A stretch of 64,000 nt of DNA. Origin: Utricularia gibba. Its lineage: Eukaryota; Plantae; Magnoliophyta. A program made the translations under genes and the position numbers. Shown piece by piece: positions 13,127 through 26,883 of the stretch; within the stretch, counting starts at the first letter, position 1; each line of letters starts with the position of its first letter. Location of the stretch: NCBI GenBank assembly GCA_002189035.1, contig NEEC01000015.1, forward strand, positions 1,984,001 to 2,048,000, given 5' to 3'. Under the pieces are notes generated by a model. That model saw only the letters and a list, made by a program, of their open reading frames with translations. It made no database searches and was not told the DNA's origin.

Positions 13127-14141
13127 ATTTGAATTTAATCTTTTTTAATATGATTTATGTTTTTTGTATACTCTATATATCACATATGATATAATTTCTA
13201 AAGTATGAACTATGAATCGAATCCCAGAGGCCAGAGCTATTGAATAATTTTATCTCCCATGGGTAGCCGCGATCATGATGATACAGTGGACGCCATTGTC
13301 AGTGAGAGGTCAGGTCTTGTGCACAACAAGGAAGGCAGATTTATTTATGTGTGCATTCCCGTATTGGAAAATGATGGAGGGCAGCGGGAGGTACCACCAC
13401 TGGTGTCTGTCCAGCAGGGTAATTGAGACGAAAGGTGCCTCAGCATGGCTCGATAACAAAATCTCACTGCTGCCCAAGTGGCCTGTGGTCCTTCGCCATC
13501 AAGATAGAAAATTCAGTTGCTCCCTAACCATCACCACACACACAATGATACAAATAATTGGCTCACATAACCTGCCCCAGAAATTCAAAACTGGATACAT
13601 TGCAGCAGCTTTTCTTACCATCGAATCCATTAGAAAGACAAAACAAAGCAGATAAGTTTGTTGCAAGGGACTAGTGTTTGACAGACATCAAGGAGCACAT
13701 CGGTGAAGAACTGTAAATGAAAAGGATGAACATGATCGAGGACACCTAAAGCGAGTTTGCCATTGATGGTCGAAAATGGGTTTTCAGAGTTTCTTATTCT
13801 ACATAATTTTTCACATAGATTCCCCAGACTGGGGAATACACTTTTTTTCCCATGAAATGGTAGTTTAGTTAGAACTCGCACCTCTCCAGCCCATGTGACT
13901 GGTTTTTGGATATGACGCCTTTCGTAGATGCCGAGAAACCCTTTTGCTGAACGTGCACAGAGAAAAGCGCCCTCGCTGGATGAGATGAGATGCCTATCTC
14001 GGAAATGCCGACGACACGTGGCCCTCCATCCACCCTCCGATTTTGAGTACTGGGTGTTTTTTAGGATGTACTTCGCCGTGCACCTTAGCTTTCCTATGAA
14101 ATGACTTCAGGTGGGGAGGGGTGAACCATCCGTCGTGGTCG

Positions 14142-14795
14142 ATGCTGAAGAATCCCCGTGTCGTGCGCGTGTCCCGGGCCTTCGGAGGGAAGGATCGACA
14201 CAGCAAAGTGCGCACCGTGAGGGGACTTAGAGACCGCCGTGTCCGCCTCTCCGTCCAAACGGCGATGCAAGTGTATGATTTGCAAGATCGATTAGGAGTT
14301 GGCCAACCGAGCAAAGTGGTGGAATGGCTGCTCAACGCGGCTAAGGATGCGATCGATGAGCTTCCTCCGCTTCAGATCCCCGAAGGGAGCAGCTTCTTTC
14401 AAGGGCTTGAGCAGCCGAGCTCTCATCATCTTGAGTTCGTAGATCAGGCTCTGAATTGGAATCCCGATGCGGAAAGATTGGATTTTTCTGCGAGGATTGA
14501 TGCTGAGAAGGAGATCGCTGCTTCAGTGTTCAATCCGTTTGGAAGATGGGATCCTCCAAGAGGCCATGAGTTCCCGTATGGACACCATCAAGATGTGCAC
14601 GCCATTGGAGCTGCGCAATGGGCAACTGCTCATGTTGACCAACATGGAGTTCCTTGGCATCCTTCCTGGAAATTCGACTCGAAGTCAATCAACTTGCAAG
14701 ATGGCTCACGGATCCCAAATGTTTTCCTTGATTCATCAGGTGACGCCAGTTCGAGACCTCCCAGTCCTTCCAAAGTTCCTACTTGCTTGAAATAA
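14142..14795 (+). CDS. TCP13: Class II CIN-type TCP transcription factor (TCP5/13/17 clade)
   Basis: [75 protein letters not shown]. First in-frame ATG is 14142. Single exon. Clade assignment is firmer than the exact orthologue. Confidence 0.88.
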   Translation: MLKNPRVVRVSRAFGGKDRHSKVRTVRGLRDRRVRLSVQTAMQVYDLQDRLGVGQPSKVVEWLLNAAKDAIDELPPLQIPEGSSFFQGLEQPSSHHLEFVDQALNWNPDAERLDFSARIDAEKEIAASVFNPFGRWDPPRGHEFPYGHHQDVHAIGAAQWATAHVDQHGVPWHPSWKFDSKSINLQDGSRIPNVFLDSSGDASSRPPSPSKVPTCLK

Positions 14796-16519
14796 GTGAC
14801 ATTTAATGTTTGATCTTTGTTCACAAACCTTGGTTGCAATCCGTGATTCCAACTTTCCTTCAGACAAAAAAACAAACACGAAACCCCAAATAAACAATAC
14901 TGGCAACCAGTTTCAGTATTCTGTTCATATGCATTTCTATTGTGAATCAGGTAAGAACCTCAGTTTGCTAGAAAACCAAACCATGAGGAGATCTTTTCAT
15001 ACAATGTCTGAATTGCCGAAGCTCTAACCTAACCCAGATTTTCCTAGGGTGCCACGACTACCCATGGAAGAGGAGAAACACGAGAGAAGATGAGGAAAAA
15101 GCAGAAAGAACGGAGACTGGTGCTTTGAGCTTTGATGCCTGCTTTGCACAGGATCCAATAAAGTAAGATCATCAATTTACTTTTTTTTAAAAACACCTAT
15201 CTCCCCATTTCACTTTCATTATTTCTTACGATGTAACCCTAAACATTAATTTATATTTGAAGATTACCATTAAATGATGCACATTTACCCTGAACCTCAA
15301 CTAGGGCAACTCAATCATGGGTTTCATGGATCACGCTATCGATTATTGAAATGAATGATTCGATGAATTGGACGAATATACATAAAATTTAAGTATATAA
15401 TCAATATAAATAATATTAAAAAAGATTAAATTCAACTAATTATTATTAATATATACTTTCTTATAAATATTTTATTTTTAAATCACGATATAGTATTATT
15501 TGTTTTAATATCTACTTTCAAGTCAAATTGATCTTTAATTCGATAAATACTTGTTTTTTATGATTTTAAATAATACTTAAATCATAGACCGATTTAATTT
15601 TTATCTCATAAATCCAATGTATCTCTTGTTTTATTTTTAACCAAAACGCAAACCAATACAAAATTTATTTTGACCACTCATGTTCTAATAACATATTGAA
15701 ATTAAAGATTGAATGAGTAAGACGAGCAAACCTAAGTGAGCCTCCTTTCACACGCACGAATGCATTAGGTTTAGAGCTAGACACAAGGAGCCAAGCGAGT
15801 CGGCTTGTTGATTAAACATCACAACTCCAGAGAGGTTTTTAGTCGAATAACCCAAACTGGATTCCTAAAATTTCTGTAGGTAAACCCCTTCGGGGAAGAA
15901 GAAGGAGCACAGAACAACGTCGTTGTAAGGATGTGTGTACCGTGTAGAGACATGTATAAAGTCATTAAAGCATGAGGGACCATGCATGCACAGACGCTGT
16001 CATAGAAGGGTCCCCCGACCTTACTGCATCCATCCATATGAGCCTCATGATTTTTTTTTTCTTGCGTATTGAATACCTACCCTATATAAAAGTATGGAAA
16101 CATAAGCAACCCACACTTTTTTCAGTGTGTAATCCTTTCGTGCACACAAGTGAATTTTTTATAATGTAGATTATTTGACTCTAAGTTCAATTCACACATG
16201 TTCTTTCGTGCATGAAAGCCCGTCACAGCTTATGTTTGCCGAGCCCATTTGCCGCAATCGGTGGCCAGATTCTTACAAAGCCTACACACTTAGAATCTAG
16301 AATCAGGGTTGCAGATGTTAGAATTAGAATAAGAACATCAGAAAAACAGTTCATTATTTTTTATTACATGTTTTATCGATTACTTCCAAAAGTCAAATGG
16401 TTCATTACCAACTTTTAAGGAAAATCAGCTAAATAGTTAAAATTGATCTTTAATGTGGGCTATTAGAATTGTGTAAATCCTATTAGAACAAGCAATCATA
16501 TAATGAGATTTGAGGTTTA

Positions 16520-16564
16520 AAAATGAAATAATTAATTATATAAAAATTATAAATCATTAATGAT
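16520..16564 (+). repeat. AT-rich dispersed repeat, copy 2
   Basis: Near-identical to 13080-13126. Confidence 0.55.
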
Positions 16565-16621
16565 TGATTAGTATTAATATTTTTTTTTGTGATTCACTTT
16601 GAAATTCACGTATGTTCGTTT

Positions 16622-16692
16622 GATCCATCAAATAATCATTAAAAACCTCACGTGTGGTCATTCGATCCATCAAATAATCGTTAAAAACCTCA
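16622..16692 (+). repeat. Direct repeat, 2 x 29 bp (period 42), with a CACGTG at the end of unit 1
   Basis: gatccatcaaataatc(a/g)ttaaaaacctca at 16622 and 16664. Confidence 0.85.
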
Positions 16693-19515
16693 TGCTCCAA
16701 TGCGTGTTACACGCTGGAATGGACACAAGACGAATCTCTTCCAAAAGGGGTGGAAATGTGATGTGTTAGGCGCATCTTAAAACCTGTGTGCTGCTTAGAA
16801 TCACGAGTAGAGGGAAATGGGGGAAACAATACCGGGGGACACGAGATTAGGCCATCGAATCTCCATTAAAGCACCTGTGCCTAATCACTGATAATTGCGT
16901 AATCAATCATCTCATAAGTGGAGTACTGTACAATACCCAAAAAGGCCAAGATGGGAAGCAAAGCGTCTGCATCATGTCTTCCCAAACACACAACCCGGAG
17001 ATGGAGATGGGAGATCGCCACTCGTCACTCAGACCAGGTTCGCAAAAATCATTACCAAGTTGCTGGATCCTGGACATCATGAGTAGCCCTGAGGGATCAC
17101 TGTAGATTCTCAGAATCTACTCCTTAACCCCAGAATCCAACAAGAAGTAAATTCCAGATATTCGATGGTCGAATTCTGGGACGACTCGACGCATAGATTT
17201 ATTGCTATTTGCTCTCGATTTCATTGCCTCCATTTGCTTCACTTGACTACAAAAGTGATAGACGTGCAGAAGTCGTTCTTATTTTATATCCCTACATTTT
17301 AAGGAAACCTTTATTGTAATAATCTACCACGCATTTCTTTTATTGAAATCAATCCAAGAATCAAGACCCACCTCCCACCACCATTTTTTTCGCAGAATTA
17401 CAAAGAAAAATACCTCACTTTCTTCATCTGTAACGTCATAGATGACGAGGGTAAATTAACTTAACCGCGATCCTGCTACTTGAGCATATTATAAGTACGG
17501 AAATCATCACTTTCTATTTTAGTTCCCGTTTGTAATAACGAGGCCTGAATTACGTCAAATATGACGGTATAAATTAATGCACTAGAATGGAAAATTTTTC
17601 ATTTGCAAATTTTTGAATAAAATTGAGGATATTTTAGTAAAATATATTATAATAATATTATATGAATCTATAAAATAATATTTAAAAAAGCGATGATTGT
17701 AATTATTACTAAGAAATAAATATTGAAATGATTACATAATATTAAAATTAATATACACGCAGCACCGCCACGTTCAAGTTGCCTGGCCTCGCGGGATTAA
17801 AAGGATAAGTGTCATTATCAAGGTTGGTTAAATAGTATTTAGGCGGTGGGAAAATTGATCGCCGTTAAAATTGCATTTATTTTTATTTATTGAAAAATAA
17901 TATAAATATTGCCCATACGTATGCGAGTATCCACCACGTCAACAAATTGTATCATTTTTTTTTCGTAACTTTTTTTATTGGTTGATTACCGAGAAACCGT
18001 ATTTTGACTGCATCCCAATTCCCAACCCAGCCTAAAACCCCTTTATAAATACGCCCTCCGATTATCGTCTCTCCTTCCCATTTCACGGAATCCCCTCCTT
18101 GCCTGCAATTCGTCTTCCCTTCCAGAAAGCCGGTGAGCCGTCGATATATTATCCGTGTTTCTTCTTCCTCTTCACATTCGCGAGCTTCGAATGTGAGTTT
18201 CATGCATAATCGCGCATCGTTTATTGTTAACAAGCGGATCGTCTTCTCTGATTCGTCGTTTTTTTTTCTGACGGAGGAGTTTTATGTTTCCGAATCGGAG
18301 GTTGTTTGCGTTGTTGTTTTTGATAATCTGATTGCATGCCTTCCTGCATGGAGTAAGTAATTTTCGATGTCGATCGTCGATTTGATCGCGGTGAATGTTA
18401 CGCGTACTTTTCGCAGATCGTTAACTTTTTTTTTTCTGAGTGGTTTATTTTGGGGTGGGGAAGGCGGTTGCAGCGTGCGTTTCGTTTGCGGAAGCGCGGC
18501 GCGTGGGGCACGTGGCGGTGCCGTGGATTCACGCTCCGATGGGACAGGGACTGGGGATTGTCGGTGACTTTTTATGTCCGTTAAAAGTTGGGGATTTCAG
18601 TTGTTTTGGAGTTGTGCTCCAAAAAGAAATTTAAAGTGGGAGCGGGAATCTCCACCGCTAACGTGTCGCCGATCCGATTATTGGGCCTAAACTCGGCGGC
18701 TTCGGCCCACATGCTTGAGTTTCACTCCGAGCCCAGTTTTTTTTCTTATCTTTTCTCCCCTTTCTCCATTTTTAACGTATATTTTCTACTTTTAACGCCT
18801 TATTTTTATATTTAATAACCCTGTTCTGTCTTGTTTCTCATCATTTGTAGAACTGCCAATCATTCAAATAGACTTCTGCTTCTAGAAGTCGCACAACGTA
18901 CCTGGACCCTGGCTCTCTTGATTTTCTTTCAGTCAAAGTCTTCTCTATCTCAGAATAAAGTCATTATTTCAAAAATAATGAAAATTCAATTTTCGAAAAA
19001 AGACAGGTTTATTTGTACATATTTGTTGCCTTGTCGCATAGTCACAGTGTATCTCCTCAGATTCACGTGATTCCAATAATTTATTCTTCACGGTAATTAA
19101 ACTGGTTCGTACACTGGCACGTGACCCCTTTTTATTTAATTATTAATTCATCATCGTTGAATGTTTTTTTTTTTTTTTTTCGGTTTCTACATTTCGTGGT
19201 TTTAACTTTTTAAAGACAAAATCTGTTGGCTGCCGTTGGAACGAGGAAAGTGTACCCAAGCAACGCACACAGCTTATGTCCAAGATGTGGACATGCTGCT
19301 CTCATTATTTGTGTTTTTCCTTTTCTTTTGAAGTATTATTACAACTCACTCACTGACTCATTAAATATATGCACACTTTCATCCGTATGCTGCACCGCCC
19401 GAGTCATATGATGCTACCATCCTTTTGTTTGCTTCTCCTCCACACTTGTTCTGTTTTATATCAACAAAAGAAATGTAGAATGATTTTGTGTTCTCTTGTT
19501 GTTACAGATAAAGAT

Positions 19516-21228
19516 ATGGTGACACAGAGCATCAGGGGTGTTCTGGGCATTCAAAACTTGGTCTCTGACTCCCACCCCGATGATGATAACGTTAATGTAC
19601 CCACTGATAACCCCATTGTGACTGATGATGCAAGATATGCTTCGTGGCTGGTAATTTTTTTGATCTTGTAGTTAATATATGTAAGCTAATGTGCATGCTA
19701 AGGTTGTTTTTGCTTTGGGCAGGAAGAACATCCTTCGGCACTGATGTTATTTCATCCGAGAATGGGATCGAAATCGATGTCGGGGAAGCAGATCGTCGTG
19801 TTTCTGGATTATGATGGTACCCTTTCTCCGATCGTAGATGATCCGAACCACGCCTTCATGTCTGAGCCGGTAAGAGTTTGGGGCGGCATTCATAGTCACG
19901 CTTCTTTTGTACTGGAGTTCAGTGTTTTTTTGTTCTTTGTGTAGATGCGATCAGCTGTGCGTGAGGTTGGAAAGCTCTTTCCGACTGCCATAATAAGCGG
20001 CCGCAGCCGAAAGAAGGTCGGTTTTTTTCCCTCCGAAGATCTACATTTGCTTGTGTTGTTCGACAGTTGAGAGTGATTCGTGATTCCGAAAGGTTTATGA
20101 GTTCGTGAAGCTGGATGAAGTTTACTACGCCGGTAGCCATGGGATGGACATCATGGGGCCACCTCAGCAGCACATGAAGTCTTCCTATGATGGAAAATAC
20201 CAGATAAATACGCATGATGGCAAGGTCACTTCCACCTCTCCACATTTTCATTCCTCCTCGTATTCAATTCCCATTCTAGAACCCTCCAGAAATCTCGTTT
20301 CAAAGCTACACAAGCATCTCTAATTATTTATGAGTTTTCAGGGCAATGAGATCACCATCTTCCAACCCGCCAAGGAGTTCCTAACCACCATCAGTAAGGT
20401 GACACTCCCCCATTAGGGCACTCTTTTTCTGTCTTGTCCGCACATACCAAACTCACAACTTGACAGATCTTCGAGGAGCTCAAGAAACGGACGTCAGCGA
20501 TCCCGGGGACGTTCGTCGAAGACAACCGGTTCTGCATCTCCGTCCACCACAGACACGTCTCAGACGAGGTGGGTCGTAGACTTAAAACACACTGCTTCTC
20601 ACTCCTCCATCCATTTTTTTTTCTTTTTTGCTTTTCTATAGGACTACAAAGCGCTGGAGGGAATCGTAAAGGAAGTGCTGAAGAGGTACTCGCCCTCGTT
20701 CCACATGACCAGAGGCAAGAAGGTGATGGAGATCAGGCCATCCATCCAATGGAACAAGGGAAACGCCCTGGTTTACCTTCTTGAGACCATCGGCCTCACT
20801 TCCGACGTCCTTCCCCTGTACCTGGGCGACGACAAGACCGACGAAGACGCCTTCAAGGTCAGTCATTGCCCTAACACTCGGAAGCGTTTGTATGTGTGTT
20901 CGCTCTCATCAGCCATAATGCCGCAGTCACTAGTACAAACTAATTATTCACTCCTTAAACCTAAAACCATTTGCAACTCTGGCTGCTTCTGATGATTCAG
21001 AGCACACGCCTTAGGCAGTGGGAGTAGGTCTGCATGCTTATAAAACTAGAAAAAAACAAAATACAAGGGGACCTAAGGTGATATTCTATATTTTTTCTAG
21101 AATAAAAATACAAAAATGATAATTTATATTATAGTAAAAAAAAATATTTTTATATTTTTCTTTTGATATAACTCATCTTACTAGAAAAAGATGCTCATAT
21201 CATTTATTGGGCATGAAACTCGTTTTTT

Positions 21229-21259
<31 letters not shown>

Positions 21260-21409
21260 GTGCAGGCACTGCGAAAGCAGGGGATCGGGTACCCGATCAT
21301 CGTGTCGTCTGTTCCGAAAGAAACAGTAGCTTCACACTCGTTACGCGACCCATCGGAAGTGCTCTCGTTCTTGAAGCGCTTGGCAAACTGGTGGAAGGAA
21401 CAACCCTGA
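19516..21409 (+). CDS. TPP: Trehalose-6-phosphate phosphatase (HAD family), 8 coding exons
   Basis: [81 protein letters not shown]; all exons joined in frame with GT-AG. Confidence 0.93.
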
Positions 21410-21811
21410 CGACTGGGGGTTACCAGAGCCATAGGAGTGAAGTGTTTTAAGGCAAAGGAGTAAAAAGCTAAGTATTAGTATATATTACAAGGGGATTCTC
21501 GGGGTTTTTTGGTATGAGAGTCCCCGTATCGCCGTGTCCGTGTGCTATGTGTACTGACGTGTAGACAGACACTCGAGGCTTCTTCTTACTACAATTATCG
21601 TAGTAGTTTAAGATTAGAACCAACATCAAGTATCAAACAATTAAAACTAAACAGAGGTAACCAAAGAACATTACAGACGGAAAAATGGTCACCGGAACTT
21701 AACAAGCAGTTATACGTACGGCACAAATGAAGTCACCACACCATGCTCTTTGATTCTTGACAAACTAACTTCCCACTCAGCGAAAGGAGGCAGCAGAGTC
21801 ACCTTTTTTTG

Positions 21812-24800
21812 TCACTGAGGATGATAAGGGGGCCTGGGTGAGGACTGTGACATGCCAGTGCCCATTGGAGGAGCACCGTACTGGTAGTTGTGCATATGCA
21901 TCGGTACACCAGGGGCTCCTTGGCTCCAGCCGGAAGAAGGGGAGGTGACAGCATGGGAGTCTGGAGCAGAATGATATTGGGATCCATTGTACGGATGAGC
22001 AGCAGGGCCTCCCATCGGATATGGCTGCGTTGCTAATGTGGAGGGCTGAGCATTCAGCACTGACGTGCTAGGGATTGTGTAGTCTCTGCTCCTGTCGTTA
22101 TTGACCTACAATGGGGAATCGTTAGTGACTACTTCCGGTGCCCCGAGGGTGAAAGTTTTCAAGGTCCGGCTTCCACTAGATGGCTCACCTTAATGCTGAG
22201 ATCAGTGTGTCGAGAATAGGAAATATGCAACTTGCAGTAACCACCATCGTATATGCAATGTCCTTCCAGTGCCCCCTTTGCAACCACAGCAGTCTGTACA
22301 TCTGCAATGACAAATGACCGATTAGTAGGTGTTCCTGTATCAGAGAGCTGATGGTCAAAACAAATGGAACTATAGGCACCAGGGTACTGTACAAGGGCCT
22401 GAAGACCACCATTCTTGTCAAAAATTGCGATTTTCAGGACCGGCCCAAATGCAGAAAAAACCTTAGGAAGAAGATACCACAATAATTACGATAGGTTCAA
22501 ATTGAGTAGCGATCCACAGCTTTCTCAGGTCAAGTGGAGGTACCGTATGTAACACATCCAATGTAACAGCATACTGCATGTTCTCGATTGATGCCAATAG
22601 AACATTGCTCTCTGGCTCAAGCTTTTTGCCATCGATTCCAGCATTGAACTGAAAATAATGCGGATGATATCAGAATGGTAGGAAGCAGAAGCATCCATGG
22701 TAACAGAATGCAAAAACCATTATATTTATATTGAATTACATAGCTGCTACTAAAGCAAATACGTGAGTAATAAGTTTCATTTTTTCCTTAAAAAAAAGCA
22801 TAAACAGAAATCGTAGTCTTTTCAAACTGAACACTTTTTTTAAACCTACCTGTCCACTTGCATCTATAGCCGAGGGAGCAACAGGTAAGAGGGGGTTTGT
22901 GTAGTCCCTGAGTAAATGAAATACATGTCAAGTAAGCTGCATGACATATATTAAAAAAAAAATAGCCATTATTACATGGGGCATTAAAATCATTAAACAG
23001 AAAGTGAGTATACCTGCTGCGATGACTCTGGAATTTTACGCTCAGATCTGTATGCGCAGAGTAGGTGATTCTTAGTGAGCATGGGCCAAGCTCATGAATC
23101 AAATAACTGAGCAATAAAACAGAGTCAGGATACCAGTCGACATGGGCACAGAATCAGAAGATGATTACACAATGGGAATGGAAAAGCAATAATTATACTC
23201 AACGTAGTGACTGAACCAGCAATGGATTTCAGTTAACTTCCCAGTCTTACTTGCCCCAAACAAAAATCCATGAATACTAACGATGTAGGTAAAACAACAC
23301 CTAAATTAAAATGGCCCTCGGTGTAAAAGGAAAAGGTGAGTTGAATAACTAAGATAGTTAGAGTTGGCGGAGGGAGCATGCATGTACCCCTGTTGATTGT
23401 TAATATAGCTTCAGAGGATGTCCGGGCCCCAAGGAATGAACACGACATCTACAGAAATATGATCGACAACAGTTGCATTACATCTGTGGCCAAAACTAAA
23501 TCCACATCACCTAGGAATGCTTCTTCCATCAAGGGCATCCTTGGCAGCTGAGGCAGTTTCTGTGTCAGAAAATTGCACCAGGGCCTGGAAAAAATAAGGA
23601 ATATGGCGATTCCTTGGCAAAGAAATGCAATTTTATCATTTTTCTAATACTTCAAAAAATCAGTACCTGAAATCCAGCAGTCTTTTCGAACGTGGTGATC
23701 TTATGAACAAACCCAAATGCAGAAAATACCTGCAAAGCAGATGCCATCCATTAACGCACCAGACAATACTGAAAATGAACAAGTAGCACTTTTAACTAGT
23801 ATTTTCATTCTGAAAAAATCATTTATGCAAAGAGTGTCCAAATAAAACATGCCCAAAAAGAACAAGTACATAGCAAGATACATGTGTAGCGTTCAAAAAA
23901 AAAAGAATTGAGACTGAAGTGAACATAAAAAATAAAATCCACAGCATTCTCCTGACGTTACAAAATATTTTTTGACACCTTAAGAAAAAGATGAAACAGA
24001 ATAACAAATTAAACGAGCCTTACAATGATGCAAGCTGAAACGAGACTATATTAAAAAGAAAAGGAGAACATCAATGCTCTATACAAGGAGCAAATGAAAT
24101 CATTTGAGTTCGCTTGGAAAATACATGGGACAGAATTATGAAGACGAAGGGCACAGAGAGAGTCAGTGTTAAGTTAAGGAGAAAAGAGACAAACACAAAT
24201 GCATTCTTTCTCCCAAGGAATAAGCTGCCATCAGGATATATCCTTGACATGTTCCTGCTGATTCACGCACTCTTGTCAAATAAAAGCTTTGTAACAAATG
24301 GCAGACATTCACATAATAACCACGGAGAACACCTTTTTAATGCTTGGATGTATTGTACGAACTTGCACTATCAAAGTTCTTACCAAGTGCAACACATCGA
24401 TGCTAACAAGACGTGCATCATTTCCCTCAATGGTTACCAATAACACATTACCAGCAACATCTGCAACAGTTTTATTGTTCACAATTTCTTGCCGGTTTGA
24501 GTACTGCAGGTACACAGTTTTCCCTCGCACCTGAGCAGGCTCAGATGACGAAGCATAATATGATATCATAGCAATTGCTTGGTTCAATTCCGCCTAAATA
24601 GCACAAAAAGCAAATGACGTGAGAAACCCAGCATGTGTTATAAATATAACAACAAAAAGTCTGGCAAGCGCTTACAAATTCAATGAAAGCCTGATTTTTG
24701 TTGGCTCCAACATTACACTTGGTATTGACAACTTTTCCAAATGGATTTCCCAACTCAATCAATTCTTCTTCTGTGCATTCCCATGGCAGATTTCTGAGAT

Positions 24801-24861
24801 GAAGAACTTTTGAAGGTGGTTGCGTATAGCGAAACTGAGGCTGGCTTGAAACAGACGACAT
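21812..24861 (-). CDS. PTB2: Polypyrimidine tract-binding protein homolog 2
   Basis: MSSVSSQPQFRYTQPPSKVLHLRNLPWECTEEELIELG; VFSAFGFVHKITTFEKTAGFQ; SLRITYSAHTDLSVKFQSHRSRDYTNP; GGYCKLHISYSRHTDLSIK; Pro/Gly-rich tail. Confidence 0.93.
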
Positions 24862-25606
24862 CCCAAGGTGCAAAGTAAACTGCAGAAGCTGAAAGTCCCA
24901 CGGGTTGCTGATGCATTAAAAAAAGAAAACGAAAGACAATGAAATTTTATCTCTCGAGTTCCACGGTATAAAAAGGAAAATAAACTGCTATACCGTCAAA
25001 ACATACAGACGGTAATCGACACCTCTCCTTATCAAATTTGTATACTTTTTTATTAAAAAAATCTATTCATAGAAGATAATCGAAACCCCCAGTAAACGAA
25101 TTCAAAATACCTTTAACCGATTTTCGAACAACATGTCAAGAAATCAAACTCCAAACATTGAGCACCGACAATAGCTTCGAACTACCATGATAAAATCTTA
25201 AATGAAAAAATCAAACAAACAGACAAAAGAACGCTCCCTACCTCGAGAAAACAACTGGACTCCGACGACCGCAGAAGCTATGATATCCAGCTACGAATTG
25301 ATCTACCAAGAGTGGCTTATCTTCCAAACCTGAATCTCCTAAGAAACAATCCGTCGGGGCGTTCGAGACAGCAATAGGGGTGATCGCATCATAGGCCCAG
25401 CTCAATTTATGTATTTTGGAATAGGCCCAATTTTCAATTTTTAATAACCATGGTCAAAATTTATTAGTCATTAATAATTAAAAATAAATTACATATAATT
25501 AAAATGAATTACGACATGCTCAAAAGCAGAACCCTAAAATCAAACACAAAGTTTGGGCTTTATTATTACTATTTTTGAATAAGCGACAAAAAACAAGCAC
25601 ATGAGA

Positions 25607-26883
25607 TCATGAGATCATGGGCCGGGTGGCTTCTCTTCCCTGCATCAACCGCTCCTGTGCTCCGCCGCGAAGCTTCTCCAATCTGAGCTGCGAATCCGCC
25701 TGCTGCTGCTGCATCTTGAACACCTTCACGACGTTGGCTAGCGCTCCGACGAACAGAATCAGGCTCCCAAATATCCATATCCATACCCACGTCTCCCCCT
25801 GTTCCCCACACAACCCGGAAACACACGTTATCAGAAACTACTCAATTGGGTGATTTCGCATGTGGGATATCCCACTTTTTCTGGCACTCCAAGGGAACAA
25901 AACAAACTGAACAGGACAACACCTTGTGAAACTAGTGAAACAAAGGATTTGGTTTCCTTACTAGGAGTTGGAGGCCGTGGTGATCGTATCCGAGCTGCTG
26001 TCTACAGTTGATGATCGAAGCGACCAGGAACAGCAAGCTTGCCATGGAGAAGGGGAGGATCACGCTCTCCTGCAGAACCTGCAGCTCCCAACCGGCTCTC
26101 TCGTATACCTGGCACGAGTTCTGAATTGAACCCAGCAGCCATAGCGCCGGCCCTGCGATCAGCATCCCCATTGCTGGTTTTTCCAGTTTCGTGTGTCCAT
26201 AACCTTTTTCAGCCTGCAACCCCATTGTTAGCTTCCATTAACATTGTTCCTAATCCTCAAGAGAAGTTGAGTTGACAGTTCAAATCCAAAGAGTTTCACC
26301 TCATAGCAACTAACACAAGTTATTCCAAAATGAACTGTTGCATTAGATGGCAAATAAAACAAATGGATGTTAACCAACCTCATTGCATTGAATATCACAG
26401 CTTTTGTATTAGCTGTTAATCATCTGATTGAACAAGAAATCAGAATCCATTTCTACACTAAGCAGACTTAAGAACAACTTCATCAGCAGTGTGGGCGTTG
26501 TAGTTAAAAAGAGATCCAACGCTTACTTGGATGAAGAGAAAGAGTACTGCCAAAAACAGAAGCACCGATCCGACGGCGAACACCACCGGAACGGCAAATT
26601 CGACGAGGGCGAACTGCAAATCCAAACGCAACACCGCCATCCAAAAATCGATTCCGGTGAGATGTGCGGCAAGATCATGCAGATTCACAATTAAAACGAT
26701 GAGGAACCCGAGGAGCAGCAGCACAAGGCCGGACTTGGGCTCCATGGACAGCTCAGCGGCGGATCCCGCGAGCAGGAGGACGGTGCCGAAGACATAAACG
26801 GCGGCGTTTATGTACTCCGATCGAGCCCTTGAAGCTCTCGGGCCGTAAATTCGCGCTTCTCGGGCCGACGCTAACTTCACCAT
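25607..26883 (-). CDS. Conserved plant multi-pass membrane protein of unknown function, 3 exons
   Basis: MVKLASAREARIYGPRASRARSEYINAAVYVF with hydrophobic helices; exons join as FLFIQ|AEKGY and LQLL|GETWVW; ends RLEKLRGGAQERL...MIS*. Confidence 0.85.

Noticed and set aside
13260-13655. Short ORFs in a GC-richer patch upstream of TCP
   Set aside because: No recognisable homology or splice pattern; cannot be supported.
18200-18360. Possible conserved-peptide uORF in the TPP leader (FIVNKRI)
   Set aside because: Only faint similarity to the recalled TPPF/G uORF (WFFIDKRVG) and wrong length.
23150-23220. C/D-box-like words (ATGAT...CTGA) on the plus strand
   Set aside because: Imperfect C box, no terminal stem, and antisense to the host intron.
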